A stretch of 64,000 nt of DNA, from positions 3,456,001 to 3,520,000 of the forward strand of contig CP182352.1 of NCBI GenBank assembly GCA_048571215.1. Reading direction: 5' to 3'. The position numbers and the translations under genes were made by a program. The notes beneath the pieces are model-generated. The model was not told the DNA's origin and made no database searches. It saw nothing but the letters and a program-made list of their open reading frames with translations. Positions within the stretch are counted from its first letter, which is position 1, and every line of letters starts with the position of its first letter. The DNA is from Halarcobacter sp. Lineage in GTDB: Bacteria; Campylobacterota; Campylobacteria; Campylobacterales; Arcobacteraceae. Of this stretch, positions 51,780 through 60,092 are shown piece after piece.

Positions 51780-52628
51780 CTATTGAAGTAATCTAAGAAC
51801 GTTTTGAGATACATTGTTAGCTTGCGAAATAGCATAAGATCCCGCTTGCGAAATAATGTTTTGTTTATTGAAATTAGCTGATTCTTTTGCATAATCAACA
51901 TCTCTAATGATAGACTCGGCTGCTTTAACATTTGTAGCTTGAGTCATAAGGTTTCTAACTGCAGATTCAACTTGATTTTGAGTAGAACCTATCTCCCCTC
52001 TATTACTATTAAGAGTAGTAATAGCAGAATCAATAACTGTTTGTTGAGAAGCAGCAAGAGTTTTACTAATACCACCAGCATCAACAGAAGTTTTTAAAGT
52101 AGCTAAACTTAATCCTGTTGTATTTGACTGAATTGCTGAAGTTGAAATAGTATCAGATGAAGTTTCTCCAATTTGGAAACTTAATCCAGCAGTTGCAGCA
52201 GAAGAAGTTGCACTAGATTGTAAAAGATACGTACCATTGTAGTTTGTTTGTGACGCAATATTATTTAACTGAGTAAGTAATTTACTAACATCATCGGCAA
52301 TAGCATTTCTACCAGCAGTAGAAGTTGTATCAGTGTTTGCTTGAATCAATTTAGCTTTGATAGTATCTAAGATATTAGATTGTTCTGCCATAGATTTATC
52401 AGCGATTTGAAGTAAGGCAACAGCTGAATTACCATTGTCAACAGCTTGGTTAATAGATGTAGCTTGTGTTCTTAATTTATCTGCAATAGATAAACCAGAA
52501 GCATCATCTGACGCTTTATTGATTTTAAGACCTGAACTTAATTTTTCAAGAGAGTTTTTTATTGCACTATTTGTATTAGCTGCAGCTTCTTGAGCAGTCA
52601 ATGATGATATGTTTGTATTAATTCTCAT
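51780..52628 (-). CDS. Flagellin 3 (282 aa)
   Basis: Same flagellin motifs; only 47 bp downstream of trmA; AAGGG RBS. Confidence 0.97.
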   Translation of the reverse strand: MRINTNISSLTAQEAAANTNSAIKNSLEKLSSGLKINKASDDASGLSIADKLRTQATSINQAVDNGNSAVALLQIADKSMAEQSNILDTIKAKLIQANTDTTSTAGRNAIADDVSKLLTQLNNIASQTNYNGTYLLQSSATSSAATAGLSFQIGETSSDTISTSAIQSNTTGLSLATLKTSVDAGGISKTLAASQQTVIDSAITTLNSNRGEIGSTQNQVESAVRNLMTQATNVKAAESIIRDVDYAKESANFNKQNIISQAGSYAISQANNVSQNVLRLLQ

Positions 52629-52675
52629 TTTTTAACCCTTACAGTTTGTATACTTAAATAATATCTAAGCTAAGT

Positions 52676-53797
52676 TTAAATTTTGTTTAAAATAACGCCA
52701 CTTTCTATGTGATTTGTATATGCAAATTGATCAAATAATGCAAATTTGGCAATTTTATGGGTTTTTGAGAGTATTTTTAAATCTCTATGAAGTGTTTCTG
52801 GATTACATGAGATATAAATAATTTGCTCAAAATCTTTAGCTAAATCTCTCGTAGTATCATCTAATCCAGCTCTTGGTGGATCCATAAAAATTGTACTAAA
52901 ATTATACGATTTTAAGTCTAAACCTTTAAGTCTGTTGAAAACCCTTTTTTCTTGTAATGCTTCAACAAATTCTTCTGAACTCATCCTAATAAAATCTATA
53001 TTTTTTATATTATTTAAATCACAATTTATTTTTGCAGATTTTATTGAGGTTTTTGAAATCTCAGTTGCTAAAACTTTTTTAAATTTGAAGCTTAAAGGTA
53101 TGGTGAAATTCCCCCCTCCACAATACAGTTCACATAGGTCATTTTCACTAGAATCTATATTATCTAAAACCCACTCAATCATTTTAATATTTACTTTACT
53201 ATTTGGTTGGGTAAAACCACCCTCCTGGTAGTAGAATTTAAGGTCTTTTTCTTTTATACAAATTGTATCCTCTATAAACTCTTTGTTTAATACAAGTTTT
53301 TGACCTCTACTTCTACCAATAATACTAATATTTAATTCTTTTTCTAATAGTTTTGCTTCTATTTCCCATTTGTGTTCAAGTTTTTTATGATAAATTAGGG
53401 TTACTAAGATATCACCTGTAGTGGATGTTAAAAACTCTATTGCATAAAGTTTGAAGCTTAATTCTTTATTTTCTTGAATTTTTTTTAAGAGTACTGGCAT
53501 AAGCTCTTTTATCTGTTTTGATACTATTTCGCAGGAGTCTATCTCTACAATTTTTTTGTCAAAACTTGTCATTGCATAGGATAGTGTTGGTTTGTCTTCA
53601 TCATCAAAATTTTTCCATATCCTAAACTCTGCTCTATATCTAAAATTTTGAGTTTCACTTTTTATCACATCAAAATCTATGTTAGTTAAATCTAAAAATC
53701 TATTTTTTTCTCTATCTTTTTTAAATAAAAGTTGTTCTTCATATGACATCTCATATAAGGTGCAACTACCACACTCTCCAAAATATTTACAATTCAT
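52676..53797 (-). CDS. trmA: tRNA (uracil-54-C5)-methyltransferase
   Basis: CKYFGECGSC, RYRAEFRIW, FTQPN, ELYCGGGNF, DPPRAGL, YISCNPETL and DQFAYTNHIE. Confidence 0.95.
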   Translation of the reverse strand: MNCKYFGECGSCTLYEMSYEEQLLFKKDREKNRFLDLTNIDFDVIKSETQNFRYRAEFRIWKNFDDEDKPTLSYAMTSFDKKIVEIDSCEIVSKQIKELMPVLLKKIQENKELSFKLYAIEFLTSTTGDILVTLIYHKKLEHKWEIEAKLLEKELNISIIGRSRGQKLVLNKEFIEDTICIKEKDLKFYYQEGGFTQPNSKVNIKMIEWVLDNIDSSENDLCELYCGGGNFTIPLSFKFKKVLATEISKTSIKSAKINCDLNNIKNIDFIRMSSEEFVEALQEKRVFNRLKGLDLKSYNFSTIFMDPPRAGLDDTTRDLAKDFEQIIYISCNPETLHRDLKILSKTHKIAKFALFDQFAYTNHIESGVILNKI

Positions 53798-55196
53798 CTA
53801 TTAACCTATTAAGTTGATTTATACATTTATTAATATCATCATATTTTAGTATAGTTAAACTTTCATACCAAATTGATTTTTGATTTATTTGTTCCCATCG
53901 AAAATCAAATTGCATATTGTTATTTAAAACAATACCTTTTTTTCCCAAGGCTCCACATAAGTGAGCTACTGCTGTATCTACACTTATAACTAAATCTAGT
54001 GATGATATAGCAACCGCAGTATCATAAAAGCTTTTGAATTCTTTTCCTAAATCTGATATATTGTTATAATTTACTAAATCTTCTTTATTATCTATTTGTA
54101 GTGAATGAAATTTTCTATTTTCATAGTTAAATAATAATTCAAAATTATTTAATTCTAAAGATTTTTTATTAGCAAATTCACTTGTTTGTGAACCTTTCCA
54201 TACAATTCCAATATTTTTAAAACCTTTTAAAATATTTTTTTCTTTAAAATTCTCAATATCTTTTTTATCAACTGTAAGATAACTTTTTGCATCAATTTTA
54301 TTGATATTAAAAGAGTAAGGAATACTCATACTTGCAATTGAATAATCAAAACTATCGGTACTGCTAATCTCTTTTAGAAACTTTATATTTGGAAAATTGT
54401 AAGAAAAAAGTTTATTTAAACTGTTTTGTATCCCATATGATATGTTTTTGCATGGGATATCTTTTAGAAATCTTGCAAATTGAATATTGTCTCCAAATCC
54501 TTGCTCATGATAGATTAATAAGTTTTTATCTTCTAAGTTTTCATTTTTGTACTCTTGAAAAGGCATATAGGCATACTTACCTTTTTGTGTATCAAGTTTT
54601 TTTCTATATTCAAAATGTTTAAATCCATTTTTAAAATCCCCTTTTTTTAAGAGAGTATAAGCATAATCTGTATTAGCTATTGCATTTTCTGGATTTAACA
54701 TTAAAAGTATTTTTGAAAAATTTTCAATTGTTTCTAAATCATTTTGCTTTTTTGCAATACTTAAAATACAATTATAAGCATCTTCACATCTATCATCTAT
54801 TTCAAGAGCCTTTTGGGCATTTAATAAAGCATTATTAGTATCTTCTAATTTAATAAATGCAGCTGCAATATTTGAATAGATAATTGCAACTTGTTCATGT
54901 TTTAAGCCTTCCTGCCAAATCCCAATAGCTTCGTGGAAAAAATTTGCAGTAAATAGGGTATTGCCTAACATATAATAAGCTTCAACAAAATCCTCTTTTT
55001 GATTAATAGCTGTTATAAAAAAGTTTTTTGCACTATCTAAATCATTTTGTTTAAAAAAGATATTTCCTAATAAATTCCATGTATGTGGATGATTTTGGTC
55101 AATATCCACTATTTTATTACAAATTTTAATGCTATCTTCAAAACGACCTTTATTGTATAATTCTAAGGCTTGGTCATATGTTTCATCTAAGTTCAC
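53787..55196 (-). CDS. TPR-repeat protein fused to a GT-B (GT9-like) glycosyltransferase domain
   Basis: N-terminal TPRs (WNLLGNIF, AYYMLGN); EQGFGDNIQFARF, IGIVWKG and DLVISVDTAVAHLCGALGK. Confidence 0.85.
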   Translation of the reverse strand: MNLDETYDQALELYNKGRFEDSIKICNKIVDIDQNHPHTWNLLGNIFFKQNDLDSAKNFFITAINQKEDFVEAYYMLGNTLFTANFFHEAIGIWQEGLKHEQVAIIYSNIAAAFIKLEDTNNALLNAQKALEIDDRCEDAYNCILSIAKKQNDLETIENFSKILLMLNPENAIANTDYAYTLLKKGDFKNGFKHFEYRKKLDTQKGKYAYMPFQEYKNENLEDKNLLIYHEQGFGDNIQFARFLKDIPCKNISYGIQNSLNKLFSYNFPNIKFLKEISSTDSFDYSIASMSIPYSFNINKIDAKSYLTVDKKDIENFKEKNILKGFKNIGIVWKGSQTSEFANKKSLELNNFELLFNYENRKFHSLQIDNKEDLVNYNNISDLGKEFKSFYDTAVAISSLDLVISVDTAVAHLCGALGKKGIVLNNNMQFDFRWEQINQKSIWYESLTILKYDDINKCINQLNRLIDEL

Positions 55197-55224
55197 AGGG
55201 ATCCTTTTTGATATTTAATCTACT

Positions 55225-55246
55225 ATTATATTGAAATGTATATAAT
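55225..55246. promoter_or_regulatory. Back-to-back divergent TATAAT -10 boxes
   Basis: Minus-strand TATAAT at 55230-55225 (TPR-GT gene) and plus-strand TATAAT at 55241-55246 (helicase). Confidence 0.6.
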
Positions 55247-55252
55247 ACACCT

Positions 55253-56779
55253 ATGAAAGAAAATTGGCAACAACAACTACAAACACTTTTAGACTGTGAT
55301 TTAAAGTCTTTATATCCATTGGCAAGAAGTTTAAATAGAAAATTAAAATTTTTTGTGGGTCCGACAAATTCGGGTAAAACCTATAGTGCCATGGTGGAAT
55401 TAAAAAAAGCAAACAGTGGATTATATCTAGCTCCATTAAGACTTCTTGCTCTTGAAGGCTTTGAGGATTTAAAAGAGTATAAAATAGGAACATCATTAAT
55501 TACTGGGGAAGAACAAATAATAGATGAAGATGCTTCCCATGTATGTTCAACTATAGAGATGGTAGATTTTGATATGGATGTTGATGTAGCAGTTATAGAT
55601 GAAGTTCAAATGCTTGATGATGATGACAGAGGTTGGGCTTGGGTAAATGCTATTATTGGTGCTCCTGCAAAAACTATTATAATGACAGGTTCTGTAAATG
55701 CTTTGGATTCTATAAAAAAAATTGCTGCTTATTTGGGTGAAGATTTAGAAGTGGTTAAATTTCAAAGAAAAAATCCTCTAAAGGTTCTAACAAAACATAC
55801 TGCTCTTGATAATATAGAAACAGGAACAGCTTTAATAGCTTTTTCTAGAAGTGATGTTTTAAAACTAAAACAAAGACTTCAAAAAAAATATAAAGTATCT
55901 GTAATATATGGAAACCTTTCTCCTGAGGTACGAAGAGATGAAGCAAAAAGATTTAGAGAGAAAAAAAGCGATATTTTAATAGCAACAGATGCAATTGCAA
56001 TGGGTTTAAATCTTCCTATTAAAACAGTTTTATTTACTACTGATTCTAAGTTTGATGGAGTAAGTAGAAGAAAAATTACTGTTAATGAGATAGTTCAAAT
56101 AGCAGGGCGTGCTGGAAGATTCGGGCATTTTGAAGCAGGTTTTTTAGGAGCAACCAGAAGGGATGTTTTAAAGCATATTACCAAAGAGTTTGAATCTCCT
56201 ATTAAAACAATCAAACCACCTTTTAAAGTAAAAATAAATGCTCAACAACTTGAAGATTTAGCTTCACATATAAAAACAGATTCCTTGACAAAAGTTCTAA
56301 AATTTTTCAAGGATAATATGTATTTTAATGGTCCCTTTGTTGCTTACAATATCTCTTCAATGATAGAAACTTCTAAGATTGTTGATTTTAAAGAAAAACT
56401 TACTTTACAAGATAAATATTTACTTGCTCAAGCCCCTGTAACTTCTAAATCAAAAATAGTTTTACAAGCTTATGAAGCATATATAGCAGCAGTCGTAAAA
56501 AACAAAGTTTGTAGATACAAACCTTCTATTACTTTACCTAAAAAAGCACAAACACAAAAAGACTTGTTATTAGTTGAAGATGAAGTAAAAAAGATATCTT
56601 TATATTTATGGTTGTCTTATAAGTTTCCTGAGCTTTTTCCTGATTATGAAAAGGCAGTAATTTTAAGAAATAATTTTAATAGCTTTATTGAAAGCTCCTT
56701 AAAAAGGAACCTTAAACAAGAGGATAATAGAGGGTTTACAAAAAGTCACAGATATAATAGACAAAGAAGACAAGGTTAA
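55253..56779 (+). CDS. SUV3-like SF2 RNA helicase
   Basis: GPTNSGKT, LAPLRLLA, IDEVQM, RGWAW, ATDAIAMGLNL and QIAGRAGR. Confidence 0.92.
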   Translation: MKENWQQQLQTLLDCDLKSLYPLARSLNRKLKFFVGPTNSGKTYSAMVELKKANSGLYLAPLRLLALEGFEDLKEYKIGTSLITGEEQIIDEDASHVCSTIEMVDFDMDVDVAVIDEVQMLDDDDRGWAWVNAIIGAPAKTIIMTGSVNALDSIKKIAAYLGEDLEVVKFQRKNPLKVLTKHTALDNIETGTALIAFSRSDVLKLKQRLQKKYKVSVIYGNLSPEVRRDEAKRFREKKSDILIATDAIAMGLNLPIKTVLFTTDSKFDGVSRRKITVNEIVQIAGRAGRFGHFEAGFLGATRRDVLKHITKEFESPIKTIKPPFKVKINAQQLEDLASHIKTDSLTKVLKFFKDNMYFNGPFVAYNISSMIETSKIVDFKEKLTLQDKYLLAQAPVTSKSKIVLQAYEAYIAAVVKNKVCRYKPSITLPKKAQTQKDLLLVEDEVKKISLYLWLSYKFPELFPDYEKAVILRNNFNSFIESSLKRNLKQEDNRGFTKSHRYNRQRRQG

Positions 56780-56792
56780 TTAATAATAATTT

Positions 56793-56801
56793 TGATATAA
56801 T
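56793..56801 (+). promoter_or_regulatory. Extended -10 promoter of the ankyrin-glmU operon
   Basis: Perfect TGATATAAT about 33 nt upstream of the ATG; GAGGA RBS. Confidence 0.65.
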
Positions 56802-56834
56802 CAAGCAAAATAGGTAAAATCTGAGGAAAACTAT

Positions 56835-58772
56835 ATGTTAAATATGTTTAAAGCTGATGGTGTAGAGACTTTACATAAAGAGTTGATGAAGAACTATGTA
56901 GATGAAAAAAAAGTTCAATCTCTTATAGATAGTGGAATAAATATTAATAGAAGAGATGCAAAAGGAAGAACTCTTTTATTTGAACTCTCAGCAAAAAGAA
57001 GAATAGAATCTATAAAAATATTAATAAACAATGGGATTAATGTTAATGTAGAAGATAATTATGGAAAAACTGTTTTAAGTGAAGCTGTAGATAAAATGGA
57101 TGGTATGATGATACGGTTTTTACTTAGTAATGGAGCTTCTGTAAACCATATAAATTCCTCAGGAAGAACTGTCTTACAAGATGCTGCATTAGAAGAAAAT
57201 GAAAAAGTTTTTAATATTTTAATGGCACATAACCCTGATTTATCCATAAGAGACCATTATGGAAAAACAGTGCTTTTTGATGCGATTGAGGGTGGAAATT
57301 TAGATATTATAAAAGAGCTTATTAATAATATCGATGATATTAATATTGTGGATAATGATGGAAGAAGTGTACTTTTTTATTCAGTTTTAAAAGATGACCC
57401 AAGTATTACAAAACTTTTAATTTCAAATGAAATTGATGTAAACATTTTAGATAAAAAAAGACAAAATGCCCTTTTCCCTGCTGTTGTGTTAGGTTCTGAT
57501 AATCTTGCAACAATTGATTTACTTATAAAAAAAGGTATAAAATTAAATATAAAAGATTATGCAGATAAAACACTTTTAGATGAAATATTAAAAGTACTTT
57601 CTTTAGTTAAAAATCCAGATGCAAAACTAAATGGTAGATATAGATTAGCATCAGCAGAGCGTAATTATCTAAAATTAACTGGGTTTTTAATAGAAAATGG
57701 ATTAGCAATTGATAGAATGGATTCTTTAGGAAAAACTGTTCTTTATAAAGAAGTTGAAAGAGAAAACTACGATACTATAACTTTTTTAATATCTTCTGGT
57801 GCAGATATCAATACCCAAGACAATGAAGGGAAAACAGTACTTTTTGATGCTATTTTAAAGGGACCTTCAAACTCTACGATGATAGATTTTTTAATATCAA
57901 AGGGTGCAGATATTGATCATAGAGATTATACTGAAAGAACTGTTATTGATGATTTAGTTGAAGCCGTAATGATCACTCATAACAATAGAAAGCCTACTTC
58001 AAAACGTTTTTTAGAGTTAAGAGAAAATGAAGATTATTTTGTATTGTTGAAAAAGATGTTGCTTTTTAAACCTAAAATTAATTCCCCTAGAAAAGATGGA
58101 AGAACTATGGCTTTTGATTTAGTAATACAAAATAATTTAGAGCTTCTAAAATTAATGATAAATGCAGGTTTAGATATAAATGTTCAAGATAATGAGAATA
58201 ATACACCCCTTTCTTTTATGATAGATGAAGGCTTGAAAATAACTAATCAAAGAGGTAAAGAAGCCTTTTTAGAAAGACTTGTATTTTTATTGAAATTTAG
58301 AATTGATGTTAATACTTTAGATAAAGAGGGAAGAACCATATATCATAAAGCTGTTATGGCAAACGATTTAGAAGTGGTTGAGAAGTTATTAACAAAGAAA
58401 AATAATTTGGATATAAAAGACAAACAAGGTAGAACTGCTCTTCATCATACCCAATGGAAGGGTAATTATAAGATTGCAAGATTGCTAATAGCAGCAGGTG
58501 CAGATATCAATGCCTCAGATTTTGCAGGTTTTACTATCTTGAATTATGCTGCAATTTTAGGACATACTCGATTGGTTATAGTTTTAATAGCCTCAGGAGT
58601 ATTAATGTATAATCACAACAAAAAAAGTAAATCTGTAGCGAAATTTTTTAAAGAAAGAGAAGCTAATCTTGAGAATCTTTTAGATGCAAATATAACAGAT
58701 AGTAAAATGAGAAGTGCAATAAAAGAGGTTATAAACAATCTAAAAAATGAGATTGACGAAGCATTAAAATAA
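56835..58772 (+). CDS. Ankyrin-repeat protein
   Basis: Many repeats of about 33 aa (D..GRT/GKT.L..A.......LI..GADIN). Confidence 0.92.
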   Translation: MLNMFKADGVETLHKELMKNYVDEKKVQSLIDSGININRRDAKGRTLLFELSAKRRIESIKILINNGINVNVEDNYGKTVLSEAVDKMDGMMIRFLLSNGASVNHINSSGRTVLQDAALEENEKVFNILMAHNPDLSIRDHYGKTVLFDAIEGGNLDIIKELINNIDDINIVDNDGRSVLFYSVLKDDPSITKLLISNEIDVNILDKKRQNALFPAVVLGSDNLATIDLLIKKGIKLNIKDYADKTLLDEILKVLSLVKNPDAKLNGRYRLASAERNYLKLTGFLIENGLAIDRMDSLGKTVLYKEVERENYDTITFLISSGADINTQDNEGKTVLFDAILKGPSNSTMIDFLISKGADIDHRDYTERTVIDDLVEAVMITHNNRKPTSKRFLELRENEDYFVLLKKMLLFKPKINSPRKDGRTMAFDLVIQNNLELLKLMINAGLDINVQDNENNTPLSFMIDEGLKITNQRGKEAFLERLVFLLKFRIDVNTLDKEGRTIYHKAVMANDLEVVEKLLTKKNNLDIKDKQGRTALHHTQWKGNYKIARLLIAAGADINASDFAGFTILNYAAILGHTRLVIVLIASGVLMYNHNKKSKSVAKFFKEREANLENLLDANITDSKMRSAIKEVINNLKNEIDEALK

Positions 58773-58787
58773 TATATTAGGAATGGT

Positions 58788-60083
58788 ATGAATAAAAAAT
58801 CAATTATTATATTAGCTGCTGGTGCAGGTACTAGGATGAAATCTGCTACCCCGAAGGTTCTACATAAAATCTCTGGTAAACCTATGTTATATTATTCGAT
58901 TAAAGAAGCAAAAAATATTAGTGATGATATTACCGTTGTTTTATATCATCAAGCTTCATATGTTCAAGAACAAATGAATCTATACTTTGATGATATAAAC
59001 TATGTTATACAAGACCATGAAAACTATCCAGGAACAGGTGGCGCTGTTATGGGAATAACTCCAAAATATAATAAAACATTAGTTTTAAATGCAGATATGC
59101 CACTAATCCAAGCACAAGAGTTAGAAAAATTTAATATAGACGCAACTATAGTTATGTCAGTTTTAGAACTTAAAAGTGCAGATGGTTATGGAAGAGTTGT
59201 TATAGAAAATGGTGATGTAAAAAAAATAGTTGAGCAAAAAGATGCAAATGAAGAAGAGTTGAAAATCACAAGTGCAAACGCAGGTGTATATCAATTTGAT
59301 ACAAAGTTTTTATTGGAAAATCTACCAAAACTTTCAAATAATAATGCCCAAAAAGAGTATTATATAACAGACCTTATAGAACTAGCAATAAAAGAAGAAA
59401 AGGTTTTAAAACCAATAGTTGTAGAAGAGGAAAACTTCAAGGGGGTTAATTCAAAAGTTGAACTAGCTGATGCTGAAGTTATTCATCAAAATAGAATAAA
59501 AAAAGCTTTTATGCAAAATGGTGTAATAATGAGACTCCCTGATACTATTTATATAGAAGAGGGTGTAGAAATTATTGGAGAATCTATAATAGAAAATGGA
59601 GTATCGATTTTAGGAAATTCTAAAATTATAAATTCCCATATAAAAACTAATAGTGTGATTGAAGATTCCATTTTGGAAGATAGTGATGCAGGACCAATGG
59701 CAAGAATAAGACCAGGGTCACAACTTTTTGGAACTCATATTGGGAATTTTGTAGAAACAAAAAAAGCAAAACTAAATAAAGTAAAAGCTGGACACTTATC
59801 ATACCTAGGTGATTGTGAAATAGATGAGGGTACAAATATAGGTTGTGGTACTATTATGTGTAACTATGATGGAATAAATAAATATAAAACAATTATAGGG
59901 AAAAATGTTTTTGTAGGTTCAGATACTCAATTTGTAGCACCAGTCAATGTTGAAGATGATGTTTTTGTAGGTGCAGGAAGTACTGTTACCAGCGATTTGA
60001 AAAAAGGGCAACTTTATACTACAAGGGCTAAAAAAAGAGTAGTAGAAGGGTATTTTTACAAACATTTTGAAAATAAAAAATAA
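58788..60083 (+). CDS. glmU: Bifunctional UDP-GlcNAc pyrophosphorylase / glucosamine-1-phosphate acetyltransferase
   Basis: [41 protein letters not shown] and NYDG. Confidence 0.97.
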   Translation: MNKKSIIILAAGAGTRMKSATPKVLHKISGKPMLYYSIKEAKNISDDITVVLYHQASYVQEQMNLYFDDINYVIQDHENYPGTGGAVMGITPKYNKTLVLNADMPLIQAQELEKFNIDATIVMSVLELKSADGYGRVVIENGDVKKIVEQKDANEEELKITSANAGVYQFDTKFLLENLPKLSNNNAQKEYYITDLIELAIKEEKVLKPIVVEEENFKGVNSKVELADAEVIHQNRIKKAFMQNGVIMRLPDTIYIEEGVEIIGESIIENGVSILGNSKIINSHIKTNSVIEDSILEDSDAGPMARIRPGSQLFGTHIGNFVETKKAKLNKVKAGHLSYLGDCEIDEGTNIGCGTIMCNYDGINKYKTIIGKNVFVGSDTQFVAPVNVEDDVFVGAGSTVTSDLKKGQLYTTRAKKRVVEGYFYKHFENKK

Positions 60084-60092
60084 AGAGTATAT

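Noticed and set aside
48991..52675. CRISPR array, tRNA or IS element in the intergenic regions
   Set aside because: No regularly spaced repeats, cloverleaf or transposase are present. The repeats seen are explained by flagellin paralogy.
56835..58772. Ankyrin protein as a host-directed effector or repeat array
   Set aside because: There is no secretion signal or secretion genes nearby, it heads a housekeeping operon with glmU, and the repeats are degenerate protein repeats rather than a DNA array.
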